A stretch of DNA of 27,965 nucleotides from the NCBI GenBank assembly GCA_031285205.1, contig JAITWO010000002.1, forward strand, positions 1-27,965, written 5' to 3'. The DNA comes from Methanomassiliicoccaceae archaeon. Lineage in GTDB: Archaea > Thermoplasmatota > Thermoplasmata > Methanomassiliicoccales > Methanomethylophilaceae. Below are positions 1 through 7,556 of this stretch, in pieces (positions within the stretch are counted from its first letter, which is position 1; each line of letters opens with the position of its first letter). Both the position numbers and the translations under genes were made by a program. The notes under the pieces were generated by a model, which was not told where the DNA came from, did no database searches, and worked only from the letters and a program-made list of their open reading frames with translations.

Positions 1-141
1 GATCGCTTTTACGTTTGTCAGATATGTTGAAAAATTGGCTATTACCTGCACAGGATAGTTTCTTCGTGTTGTTGTGCCGTCGCCGAGCTGTCCACTGCTG
101 TTGTAACCACATGCCCATATGGTGCCGTCAACACCGTACAT
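1..141 (-). CDS. RCC1-like repeat protein, N-terminal fragment (gene continues past the window start)
   Basis: Absent from the ORF track because it runs off the window. Manual minus-strand translation from ATG 141-139 gives MYGVDGTIWACGYNSSGQLGDGTTTRRNYPVQVIANFSTYLTNVKAI. An in-frame stop lies upstream at 201-199. GTIWACGYNSSGQLGDGTT..R..PVQV fits the RCC1 blade consensus (G.vw.wG.N..GQLG.G.....P..v). It lies 53 nt downstream of the zinc-ribbon operon on the same strand. Confidence 0.45.
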   Translation of the reverse strand, partial: MYGVDGTIWACGYNSSGQLGDGTTTRRNYPVQVIANFSTYLTNVKAI

Positions 142-194
142 CGTTACCGTGTGTAATAGGATGATATCGGATCCTATATCCCGCCCTCTGTTTT

Positions 195-1676
195 TTAATC
201 ACGCTTTGCACCGCAGATGTCGCAGTACTTCGCTTCCGGTGGGTTCTCGTCGTATCCGCATGTGTAACATTTGCGAGGTTGCAACTTCGCGCCGCAGCCC
301 TTGCACACTTTCAGATCGATCTGATTCTCGAGGCTGCACGCAGGACATATCAGCCCTTTGACACGTATCTTCTCCACCGCTGCCAACGTTGAATCGTCGC
401 ACTTCCTTTCCTCGTTGTACACACGCACCTCATACTCGCCCATCTTTCCGGAGACATCCTCCATCGGCACCCAGTTATCTCCTTTCTCCAATCTCTTCCG
501 TAAGATGTGCTGTGAGGGGTCTGCGCCGGCAGTGTACAGGCCGACGAACGCGCCGCCCTGGGCCATCCTGCCTGATACGCCTTTCACCGTGATCATCTGG
601 TAGCCCGCATGCTGACTTTTTTCTACGGAGACGGTGACCGCTGTCTCCACATCCGCCGTGACAGAAAATGCTGCACTGGCAATGAGTGTTGTATCGTCCA
701 TGCGGCCGCTGCTGAACATCCGGACCTCATGATCGCCGCCCTGCCATGGCGCTATGAATTTGACCTGGGTGTACCCTCCTGTCTGTACATCCTCCGGGTA
801 CTGCTTCTGCGTATGTTCACTGTGGGGTGCGCCCGTGGGCACGAGGATCGCCACCGCCCCTTCCTTCTTCATCTGCTGCGTCAGCCCGATGACGATCGCA
901 TGGATGGTCTCGCCCCCTTCATATTTACTCCCGGCCGATATGCTCACGCCTGAGTATGGTACTTTCATTCCCTGAGGTCCGGCCGGCCGTGCCGCGGCCG
1001 CAGGCTGTGGCGCTCCCTGCCCTTTTAACATGGCCGCATATTCCGGAGGAAGCGATGCCAGGTATTCCGGGGGGAACATGGCCGCATATTCCGGAGGGAT
1101 GGCGGAAGGCTGTTGCGCTCCCGGACCTGCGCCGACAGTGGGTTGGGGAGGGGGAGATTGTCCCATCTTTCCTCCGCACTCGCCGCAGAACGTCACTTTC
1201 GTCTTGTTCATGTAGCCGCATGACTGACACTCGTATTTTGACGGCCCCGGCTGCGGGGCCGGGGGCTGCATCGCTGCCTGGTTCTTCATTATGGCCATCT
1301 GTTCCGGCGGGATCATGGACATGTATTCCTTAGGGATCATGGACATGTAATCCTGAGGGACTGCATCCGGCTGTTGTGTTCCAGGACCTGCGAAGGCTGC
1401 GGACGGTGCCGCGGCAGCTCCCCGCTTGCTTCCGCACCCTCCGCAGAACGCCGCCGATGCGTTATTTGTGTGCCCGCACGCCGGGCATTTGGCGGGTTGC
1501 TGCGCATCCAGCTTTCCGCCGCATCCGCTGCAGAACCTTGCCCCCGGCGTGTTGGTGTGGCCGCATGACTGACATTTGGCCGAGGGCTGTTCGATCTTTC
1601 CGCCGCATCCGCTGCAGAACCTTGCCCCGTCTGTGTTGCTGTGCCCGCATGCGGAACAGGTCAGGCTCATTGTCAT
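195..1676 (-). CDS. Zinc-ribbon array protein (6 ribbons, PPEY-rich linkers, 2 beta-rich domains)
   Basis: 493-aa ORF with six Cys4 ribbons: CSACGHSNTDGARFCSGCG, CQSCGHTNTPGARFCSGCG, CPACGHTNNASAAFCGGCG, CQSCGYMNKTKVTFCGECG, CPACSLENQIDLKVCKGCG, CYTCGYDENPPEAKYCDICG. Two beta-rich domains (aa ~243-340 and ~346-440) are paralogous to those of 1681..2625. Only a 4-nt gap separates it from the upstream gene. No TM segment or signal peptide seen. Confidence 0.8.
   Translation of the reverse strand: MTMSLTCSACGHSNTDGARFCSGCGGKIEQPSAKCQSCGHTNTPGARFCSGCGGKLDAQQPAKCPACGHTNNASAAFCGGCGSKRGAAAAPSAAFAGPGTQQPDAVPQDYMSMIPKEYMSMIPPEQMAIMKNQAAMQPPAPQPGPSKYECQSCGYMNKTKVTFCGECGGKMGQSPPPQPTVGAGPGAQQPSAIPPEYAAMFPPEYLASLPPEYAAMLKGQGAPQPAAAARPAGPQGMKVPYSGVSISAGSKYEGGETIHAIVIGLTQQMKKEGAVAILVPTGAPHSEHTQKQYPEDVQTGGYTQVKFIAPWQGGDHEVRMFSSGRMDDTTLIASAAFSVTADVETAVTVSVEKSQHAGYQMITVKGVSGRMAQGGAFVGLYTAGADPSQHILRKRLEKGDNWVPMEDVSGKMGEYEVRVYNEERKCDDSTLAAVEKIRVKGLICPACSLENQIDLKVCKGCGAKLQPRKCYTCGYDENPPEAKYCDICGAKRD
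972..1367 (-). repeat. Low-complexity P/A/Q/M linker with tandem PPEY and EYMSMIP motifs, inside CDS 195..1676
   Basis: Protein aa ~104-235 contains DYMSMIPKEYMSMIPPEQMAIM and IPPEYAAMFPPEYLASLPPEYAAML. At DNA level there is an exact 23-nt direct repeat, aacatggccgcatattccggagg, at 1027-1049 and 1075-1097 (48-nt offset). A 16-nt repeat, ggatcatggacatgta, occurs at 1310-1325 and 1334-1349 (24-nt offset). Confidence 0.6.
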
Positions 1677-1680
1677 TCCC

Positions 1681-2625
1681 TCAGAGCTTTCCGCCGCAGG
1701 TCCCGCAGAACTTCAGGTCGGGCGGGTTGTCGGCACCGCATTCTTTGCATTTGCCGGTTGCCATTTTCGTGCCGCACTCGTTGCAGAACTTCGGGTCGGG
1801 CGGGTTCTCGTGGCCGCATTTCGGACATGCCGGGCCTTTTACAGAGAACTTCGCTCTAGCCACGATATCCGATTCATTGTACTCGCCGTTGTCGATCCTG
1901 AACAGACGCAGCTCGAAATCGCCGGTCTCCTCCGACAGGTACATGGAAACCTGGTTGTCCCCTGCCTGCAGACTCTGCCATGTGACGTATGACGAATTGT
2001 CGGCACCCACACGATACAGGCCCAGGAATGCGCGGTTGTGCTCCATCTTCTTGGACACGCCGTTCACTGTGAATATCGTTTCGGTGTTCGGCGAGCACAC
2101 CTTCTTATCCAGTATGATGGACAGCGGCGACTCCTTTTCCGCCGTCGTCGAGAACGCTGCGCTGGAAAGGAGTGTCGAGTCATCCGGAGAACCGCTGCGG
2201 AAGAACCGTACCTCGTAGTTCCCGGCCTCGAACGGCGCCATCAGTTCGATCCTGGCACTCCCTGTTGATTCAGGGTACCTCCAGTCCTGAGAATCATGAT
2301 GGGGCGCCCCGACCGACAATACGGTCGCAAAGGCACCGTCATCCAGCATGCGTTGCGTCACCCCTGCCATGGTTGCGATCACCGCATCGCCGCCCTCGTA
2401 AGAACTCTTCTCCAGAGTGATCGTGACGCTTGCCAGCTGCGCCTTGGCGTCCGCCGGAGGAAGTCCGCACTCGCCGCAGAACTTCGCCGCCATCTTGTTC
2501 ACGTGACCGCATGCCGGACATGTGTACGTTGTCGGTTGTTCTGTTTCCAGCTTTCCGCCGCACTCGCCACAGAACCTCATCGTGTCCTTGTTCTCGTGCC
2601 CACATGACCTGCATGTTATCGGCAT
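1681..2625 (-). CDS. Zinc-ribbon array protein (2 ribbons, 2 beta-rich domains, 2 ribbons); paralog of 195..1676
   Basis: 314-aa ORF with four ribbons: CRSCGHENKDTMRFCGECG, CPACGHVNKMAAKFCGECG, CPKCGHENPPDPKFCNECG, CKECGADNPPDLKFCGTCG. The central domains align with the neighbour, e.g. GGDAVIATMAGVTQRMLDDGAFATVLSVGAPH...GNYEVRFFRSGSPDDSTLLSSAAFS versus GGETIHAIVIGLTQQMKKEGAVAILVPTGAPH...GDHEVRMFSSGRMDDTTLIASAAFS. Confidence 0.8.
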   Translation of the reverse strand: MPITCRSCGHENKDTMRFCGECGGKLETEQPTTYTCPACGHVNKMAAKFCGECGLPPADAKAQLASVTITLEKSSYEGGDAVIATMAGVTQRMLDDGAFATVLSVGAPHHDSQDWRYPESTGSARIELMAPFEAGNYEVRFFRSGSPDDSTLLSSAAFSTTAEKESPLSIILDKKVCSPNTETIFTVNGVSKKMEHNRAFLGLYRVGADNSSYVTWQSLQAGDNQVSMYLSEETGDFELRLFRIDNGEYNESDIVARAKFSVKGPACPKCGHENPPDPKFCNECGTKMATGKCKECGADNPPDLKFCGTCGGKL

Positions 2626-2637
2626 TTACATTCCTCC

Positions 2638-3411
2638 TTAAACTCTGCCTCCGCAGCCTCCGCAGAACTTCGTTCCGGGATCGTTCTGGAAGCCGCATGC
2701 CGAGCATTTTCCGCTTGGCGGGGCCGGAGGTGCAGGAGGTGCCGCCTTCAGGTCCAGTCCGCAGTTGTTGCAGAAGCGGACGTTGGGAGAATTCTTTGCG
2801 CCGCACTTCGGGCAAGATGCCTGTTCCATGTTCGCCCCGCAGTTGTTGCAGAACTTACCGGTTCCCGCCTGTTTGCCGCACTGCGGGCATATGGTCGTCT
2901 TGCTCTCGATCTTTCCGTCCCATACGACGGCGGTGGCCGCCTTCTCGTCGATGTTGCGCTTCATGGCACCAGCCGCGGCCTTTGCCACGTAAACTTCCTG
3001 CCTGGGGGCGCATCCTGTGCACAGTCCCGCATCCTCGTTCCAGCACTGGTCGCAGACGTAGTTGTTATCTCCGGGGCATTTGTGGAAGTGCTTCTTCGAC
3101 TCGTTCTGTGCTTTCACGAACGCATTCTCGTGCTCCTTGTGCCACTCCGGCGTCATACCCTCGAAACGCTCCGAGTATATGCTCGTTGTATCCGACGCTG
3201 CGTTGGCCGCCGTGGCCGTACGGCCGCCCACAAGGCTCCCGCCTATCCTGGCCAGCCCGCCGAATAGCTTGCTTGCCTTCTTCTTCTTGAATGTCTCCGA
3301 TTCTATGAAACTTGATTTGTACCCGTCACCGCAGGCGTCGCAGTTAAATGTGAACTGGAAGCCGGCCTCGGTACTGTTGTCGTTGTAATTCTTTGTGAAT
3401 GCCTGAAGCAT
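2638..3411 (-). CDS. Zinc-ribbon protein (Cys-rich N-terminal domain plus 3 C-terminal ribbons)
   Basis: 257-aa ORF. C-terminal ribbons are CPQCGKQAGTGKFCNNCG, CPKCGAKNSPNVRFCNNCG and CSACGFQNDPGTKFCGGCG, separated by a PPAPPAPP linker. The N-terminal ~190 aa has further Cys clusters (FNCDACG; HKCPGDNNYVCDQCWNEDAGLCTGC). Gaps are 1 nt to the upstream gene and 12 nt to the downstream gene. Confidence 0.75.
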   Translation of the reverse strand: MLQAFTKNYNDNSTEAGFQFTFNCDACGDGYKSSFIESETFKKKKASKLFGGLARIGGSLVGGRTATAANAASDTTSIYSERFEGMTPEWHKEHENAFVKAQNESKKHFHKCPGDNNYVCDQCWNEDAGLCTGCAPRQEVYVAKAAAGAMKRNIDEKAATAVVWDGKIESKTTICPQCGKQAGTGKFCNNCGANMEQASCPKCGAKNSPNVRFCNNCGLDLKAAPPAPPAPPSGKCSACGFQNDPGTKFCGGCGGRV

Positions 3412-3412
3412 G

Positions 3413-3793
3413 TTACTTCATCTCCTTCTTGTACATCTTAATAAGTACTGATTCGCCTTTCTTGATCGCTTTGCCGCATACCGTGCACTTCGTCAGTTCA
3501 AAGAACTGAAGCTCCCCGCACCGCTTGTTCTCGCATTTCACCAACAGGGACCTCCCGCATGCTTCGCATTTCCCGGAACCGACGAACGTCTCTGCCTTGC
3601 AAAGCGGGCAGTTCACCGTCAGCTTCCTGCCGCATCCCGAGCACAGTAGGTTTCCTCTCTCGATCGGCTTCAGGCAGTTCGGGCAGATGAACCCGAATGG
3701 GGTCCTGCTTCCGCATTTGGCACAATATTTACTGTCCCCGTCTATCCTCTCCCCGCAGTGTATGCAGGGTTTGTTGTATGTTGACATAATCAT
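3413..3793 (-). CDS. Small multi-zinc-ribbon protein (4 ribbons), first gene of the operon
   Basis: The ORF track gives 3413..3856. I trim the start to ATG 3793 (MIMSTYNK...) or 3787 because CAGGAGAGA (Shine-Dalgarno-like) lies immediately upstream on the minus strand (3794-3802). Ribbons are CIHCGERIDGDSKYCAKCG, CPNCLKPIERGNLLCSGCG, CPLCKAETFVGSGKCEACG and CENKRCGELQFFELTKCTVCG. Confidence 0.7.
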   Translation of the reverse strand: MIMSTYNKPCIHCGERIDGDSKYCAKCGSRTPFGFICPNCLKPIERGNLLCSGCGRKLTVNCPLCKAETFVGSGKCEACGRSLLVKCENKRCGELQFFELTKCTVCGKAIKKGESVLIKMYKKEMK

Positions 3794-3973
3794 TCTCTCC
3801 TGTCTGTATCCTCTTCTTCCTAAATCACCATGGACGTGTCCGTCTCCTTCGGCCATTTATCTTTTACTGTAGGAAAGGCACCAGGACGGTATTAGTGATT
3901 CTCTGTTTATAAAAATATTGTATATAAGGAATGGCACACAAACAACAAAATACATCATGTTTATGAGGTATGC

Positions 3974-4951
3974 ATGCTAGCTGATATCGCAGAGGCGCTG
4001 AAGGGAAAAAATAAGGCGGTCGTCGTCCACGGGAACGCCGACACGGATGCCGTCGGCTCCGCATACGCGATCGCGGAATGCTTCCCACCCGCCGTGATAT
4101 ATGCACCGGGAGGCGTGGACCGGGTTGCGAAGATCGTCACGGATAAACTGAACGTCACGGTGCTCGGGGAATGTGACCTCTCCGACTATGAACTGATGGT
4201 GGTCGTGGATACCTCATCACCGGAACAGTTCAAACCGGGAACCGTTCAGATACCGAAGGGAAGCGTTGTGATAGACCACCATACACGGACGGACAAATGG
4301 AAAGATATGATGTTCGTATGCGACGAGAGCAAGGTCGCATGCTGCGAGTTGGTCTATGACATAATACGTGCATCTGGTGCGGATCTGAAAAGGGATGTCG
4401 GCATGGCGCTGCTCTGCGGGATGCTGACCGACAGCGGCCACTTCTCATTCGCGAATACGCAGATGATGCGCACATTCGCAGAGATCATGGACATCACCGG
4501 CATAGGCATGGACGAGGCCATGGACTTCCCCCGTTCCGAAGTTGGCATGAGCGAGCGGATCGCCGTCATGAAAGGGATGGAGCGTTCCAGGTTCGACCGT
4601 GTGGGTGACATGATAGTTGCGGTGTCATACGGTGGCAGCTTCGAGGCATCGGTGTGCAAAGCGCTGCTCAACGCCGGTGCTGACGTTGTCTTTGTGGGTT
4701 CGCAGAGAGAGGACCAGTTCAGGCTGAGCGCACGCGCCGATCAGGATATGGTAAGGAGGGGGATACACCTCGGCGAAATAATGAAGGACATCGGCAGAGA
4801 GACGGTGACTGACGGCGGAGGACACTCCGGGGCCGCAGGACTGTCCGGCACAGGCGATGTCGAGGCGATGCTCCATATATGCATGCAACGGACGATGAAC
4901 GAGTTCCGGAAGATGAAGAAAGAGGGCTCAGATCTTACCCAGGCGCTTTAA
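3974..4951 (+). CDS. DHH-family phosphoesterase (NrnA/RecJ-like, DHH + DHHA1)
   Basis: Motifs VVHGNADTDAVGSAYA, VVVDTS, VIDHH and GGGHSGAAG (DHHA1 GGGH). GAGGT lies 5 nt upstream of the ATG. A/T-rich TATA-like sequence is present at 3906-3929. Confidence 0.85.
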   Translation: MLADIAEALKGKNKAVVVHGNADTDAVGSAYAIAECFPPAVIYAPGGVDRVAKIVTDKLNVTVLGECDLSDYELMVVVDTSSPEQFKPGTVQIPKGSVVIDHHTRTDKWKDMMFVCDESKVACCELVYDIIRASGADLKRDVGMALLCGMLTDSGHFSFANTQMMRTFAEIMDITGIGMDEAMDFPRSEVGMSERIAVMKGMERSRFDRVGDMIVAVSYGGSFEASVCKALLNAGADVVFVGSQREDQFRLSARADQDMVRRGIHLGEIMKDIGRETVTDGGGHSGAAGLSGTGDVEAMLHICMQRTMNEFRKMKKEGSDLTQAL

Positions 4952-5992
4952 TATCTCCTTTATGGCGCAGAACTCCTCCGGCCTCGTCTCGAAGTATTCG
5001 CGCACCGGCCCCAGTGTTCTTATCAGCCCGTCGGTGACGCCTTTCTTAAGGTCCATCGGGTGAAGTTTTCCGGAGAAGTACGCTTCGGCAATGTCGTTGT
5101 AATCGGTGAACGATACCGGCCCCCCGAACTTCTCCGGGCGGTCTATGTTCACTGTCCCGGTCCTCGGGAGCACAATGTGCCTGCACAGCATGAGCACCGG
5201 GTTCTCCTGTTCGGACTCCCTCTCAGGAGGACAGAATGCTTTGCCCATCTTCCTTTTTATGTCGTCATCCGTGTCATGGATGTTCACGCCGCTGTCCGGA
5301 TCGCTCTTTGACATCTTCGAGGCGGCAGGGTTCATCCTGTCCCCGCCTTTCAGCCCCGGGAGCAACGGGGTGTGCAGCGCTATCGGCTTCCTCCATCCAA
5401 GCTTCTCGGCGGCGTCCCTTGCCAGCATATGCGCCTTCCTCTGGTCCATCCCTGCGTACGCAAGGTCGATGTCCATCCTGAATATGTCGGCCGCCTGGAG
5501 TATCGGGTAGAACAGCTTTGAGGAGTCCACTTCCGCTTCGTCCTCCGAGCGGCCCATGATGGTCATCGCCCGTTTCACTCTTGACAGTGATGTTACCTTG
5601 GCTATCTTTATCACCGTCTCCCAGTACTTTATGCTGTCTAGCAGTTCGCTTGCGTACACATACTTGACTTTATCACGGGAGATCCCCAGCGCTTCGAAGC
5701 AGTCCTCCATGTAACCGGCGCATACTTTTATGTTGTCGATGCCGCCGCCCAGTTTGTCGTTTATGTATGCATGCCAGTCCGCCCAGTACACTGTGACGTC
5801 CATCCCTGCGTTCACGAGGTCGGATATCTTCGATGCGACCATCACCCATCCCAGATGGACAAGGCCGGACGGTTCGAAACCGATATATGCGGACGGATTC
5901 TCATTTTTTGATAACAATTCCCTGAGCTCGTCCTCGGAGATCAGTTCTTCCGCATTCCTCTTTATCAGCGATATCTTCTCTTCGATGTCCAT
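4928..5992 (-). CDS. tyrS: Tyrosine--tRNA ligase, archaeal type
   Basis: Near-collinear with my recollection of the Methanocaldococcus jannaschii TyrRS sequence: IKRNAEELISEDELRELL, YIGFEPSGLVHLGW (class I HIGH region), GMDQRKAHMLARD, KMSKS, RPEKFGG, LHPMDLK. Confidence 0.95.
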   Translation of the reverse strand: MDIEEKISLIKRNAEELISEDELRELLSKNENPSAYIGFEPSGLVHLGWVMVASKISDLVNAGMDVTVYWADWHAYINDKLGGGIDNIKVCAGYMEDCFEALGISRDKVKYVYASELLDSIKYWETVIKIAKVTSLSRVKRAMTIMGRSEDEAEVDSSKLFYPILQAADIFRMDIDLAYAGMDQRKAHMLARDAAEKLGWRKPIALHTPLLPGLKGGDRMNPAASKMSKSDPDSGVNIHDTDDDIKRKMGKAFCPPERESEQENPVLMLCRHIVLPRTGTVNIDRPEKFGGPVSFTDYNDIAEAYFSGKLHPMDLKKGVTDGLIRTLGPVREYFETRPEEFCAIKEILKRLGKI

Positions 5993-6020
5993 CTTATCAT
6001 CTTTGGTGTAATCTGCGACG

Positions 6021-6028
6021 TTATAAAA
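6021..6028 (-). promoter_or_regulatory. TATA-box-like element upstream of tyrS
   Basis: Minus-strand TTTTATAA spans about -36 to -29 relative to the tyrS ATG (5992). This spacing is compatible with a very short leader. Confidence 0.35.
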
Positions 6029-6221
6029 CGATATTGGCGTTCCGTGCCGTATTCGGCAGACCGATCATCCCTGAGGCTCGGACCGATGGTATCGTCCATC
6101 ATTCGAACATATCCGCATGCGTCCCCGTTCTTATGAGGAACAGGACCGGCTGATCCTGACACGATCCGAAGATCGGGCCTTCGTGTAATGTCTGGTTTTC
6201 AGCGGACGTAGTATAATTGTA

Positions 6222-7556
6222 GTGAGCGCTTTTTATCTGCGCCTGTGCACAGTGCCATCAGTGGAAGCGGAGATCATCGTGTTCGTGGCGATCATGAGCG
6301 CCGCCGGGGCATCGGCAGGCATGTTCTCGGGCCTTGTGCCCGGGATACATGTGAACACGTTGGCGTCGATGATGCTCATCCTCTACCCTTCGATGAATGC
6401 GACAATATCATCGTTCGCCGACCCTGCATACGTTCCCGTTCTGCTCTCATCGTGTATCGTATCCGCATCAGTGGTCCATTCGTTCGTCAGTTACGTTCCG
6501 TCTGTGTTCACCGGCGTGCCCGATCAGGATAACGTCATGAGCATGCTTCCCGGGCATCGGCTCCTGCTTGACGGGAAAGGGATGATCGCGGTCAGGGCGT
6601 CCGCCATAGGCAGCCTGATAGGAGGTATGAGCGCCGTGATGGTTGCGATACCGTTGCAGTACTTGATGCTCAACGGCCTCGGCGGATATTTGGAAAGTAT
6701 AACGTCCGTTGTGCTCATGATCGCCGTCGTCGCGCTTATCCTGAGCGAGACGACGCCGGGGAAATGGGGATATGCTGCCTCCCTGGTCCTGATCTCCGGG
6801 GCAATGGGGTGCATATGCATGTTCATGCCCGTCCCGTACCATGGTCTGCTGTTCGACGGTGAGCTCCTTTTCCCGCTGCTGACCGGTCTTTTCGGGATCC
6901 CTGTGCTGATATCGTCACCTTCCGGTGCCGAGATGCCTGAGCAGACCGACGATGACCGTCATCCCGTGTCCGTGTCGTCCGGACTGAAGGGTGTGCTCAC
7001 CGGCAGCGCCGTCGGGTGGTTCCCGGGGATCACGGCCACGGCGGGTGCGGCATTCACCAGATTGTTCATCCGCGAGGACAGGCCGGAGAGGTTCATCGCG
7101 TTGGTATCGTCCATCGGCACGGCGGCCGTGGTCTTTGCGCTGATCACCCTTTCCGTAAGCGGGAAGGGACGTTCGGGAACGATGATGGTGGTGCGTGAGA
7201 TACTCGGCGGAAGCATGACGGGACCCGCGGACGGCATATTCCTGTTGATGCTGCTCAGCGTCGCTGTCGCCTCTTTCATCGGATATCTTGCCGCCATACG
7301 GTCGGGGAGGGGCATGGCAGGATTCATATCAAAAGTGAACATGAAAAAGATGAACATGACGATCCTGGCCGTGATCGTCGTTCTTGTTCTGCTCATGACG
7401 GGGGCGTGGGGGATCGCAGTTCTCGCGATATCTGCGATCGTTGGGATGATACCGATCAGCGCCGGCACTGCCAGGGTCCACCTTTCGGGGTGCCTGCTGG
7501 TGCCGGTCCTGCTGATGCAGTTCGGGCTTGACGCGGCATTCCTGTCCCTGTTATGA
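6222..7556 (+). CDS. Polytopic membrane protein, TctA/DUF112-like permease (start uncertain: GTG 6222, GTG 6261 or ATG 6294)
   Basis: Hydrophobic throughout, with roughly 10-12 predicted helices by eye. It has two P-G loops resembling the duplicated TctA motif: GLVPGIHVNTLASMML and GWFPGITATAGAAFT. Confidence 0.5.
   Translation: MSAFYLRLCTVPSVEAEIIVFVAIMSAAGASAGMFSGLVPGIHVNTLASMMLILYPSMNATISSFADPAYVPVLLSSCIVSASVVHSFVSYVPSVFTGVPDQDNVMSMLPGHRLLLDGKGMIAVRASAIGSLIGGMSAVMVAIPLQYLMLNGLGGYLESITSVVLMIAVVALILSETTPGKWGYAASLVLISGAMGCICMFMPVPYHGLLFDGELLFPLLTGLFGIPVLISSPSGAEMPEQTDDDRHPVSVSSGLKGVLTGSAVGWFPGITATAGAAFTRLFIREDRPERFIALVSSIGTAAVVFALITLSVSGKGRSGTMMVVREILGGSMTGPADGIFLLMLLSVAVASFIGYLAAIRSGRGMAGFISKVNMKKMNMTILAVIVVLVLLMTGAWGIAVLAISAIVGMIPISAGTARVHLSGCLLVPVLLMQFGLDAAFLSLL

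Noticed and set aside
972-1367. PPEY repeats as functional PPxY ligands for WW-domain/Nedd4-type E3 ligases, linking the ribbon operon to the ubiquitin cassette
   Set aside because: No WW-domain or HECT protein is encoded in the window, and PPxY arises easily in Pro-rich linkers. I kept it only as a repeat observation.
1376-3290. Long plus-strand ORFs (1376..2218, 280 aa; 2430..3290, 286 aa; and several shorter ones) opposite the zinc-ribbon genes
   Set aside because: Their translations are Arg/Pro/Ser/Cys-rich low complexity with no motif. The minus strand encodes repeated Cys4 ribbons and paralogous domains with tight operon spacing. These are antisense shadows in GC-rich DNA.
6012-6221. 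210-nt tyrS/permease intergenic region as a possible ncRNA or leader
   Set aside because: It has only weak 5-bp hairpins (tgccg-tatt-cggca; cgaag-n7-cttcg) and TATA-like boxes for the two divergent genes. There is no convincing structure or conserved box.
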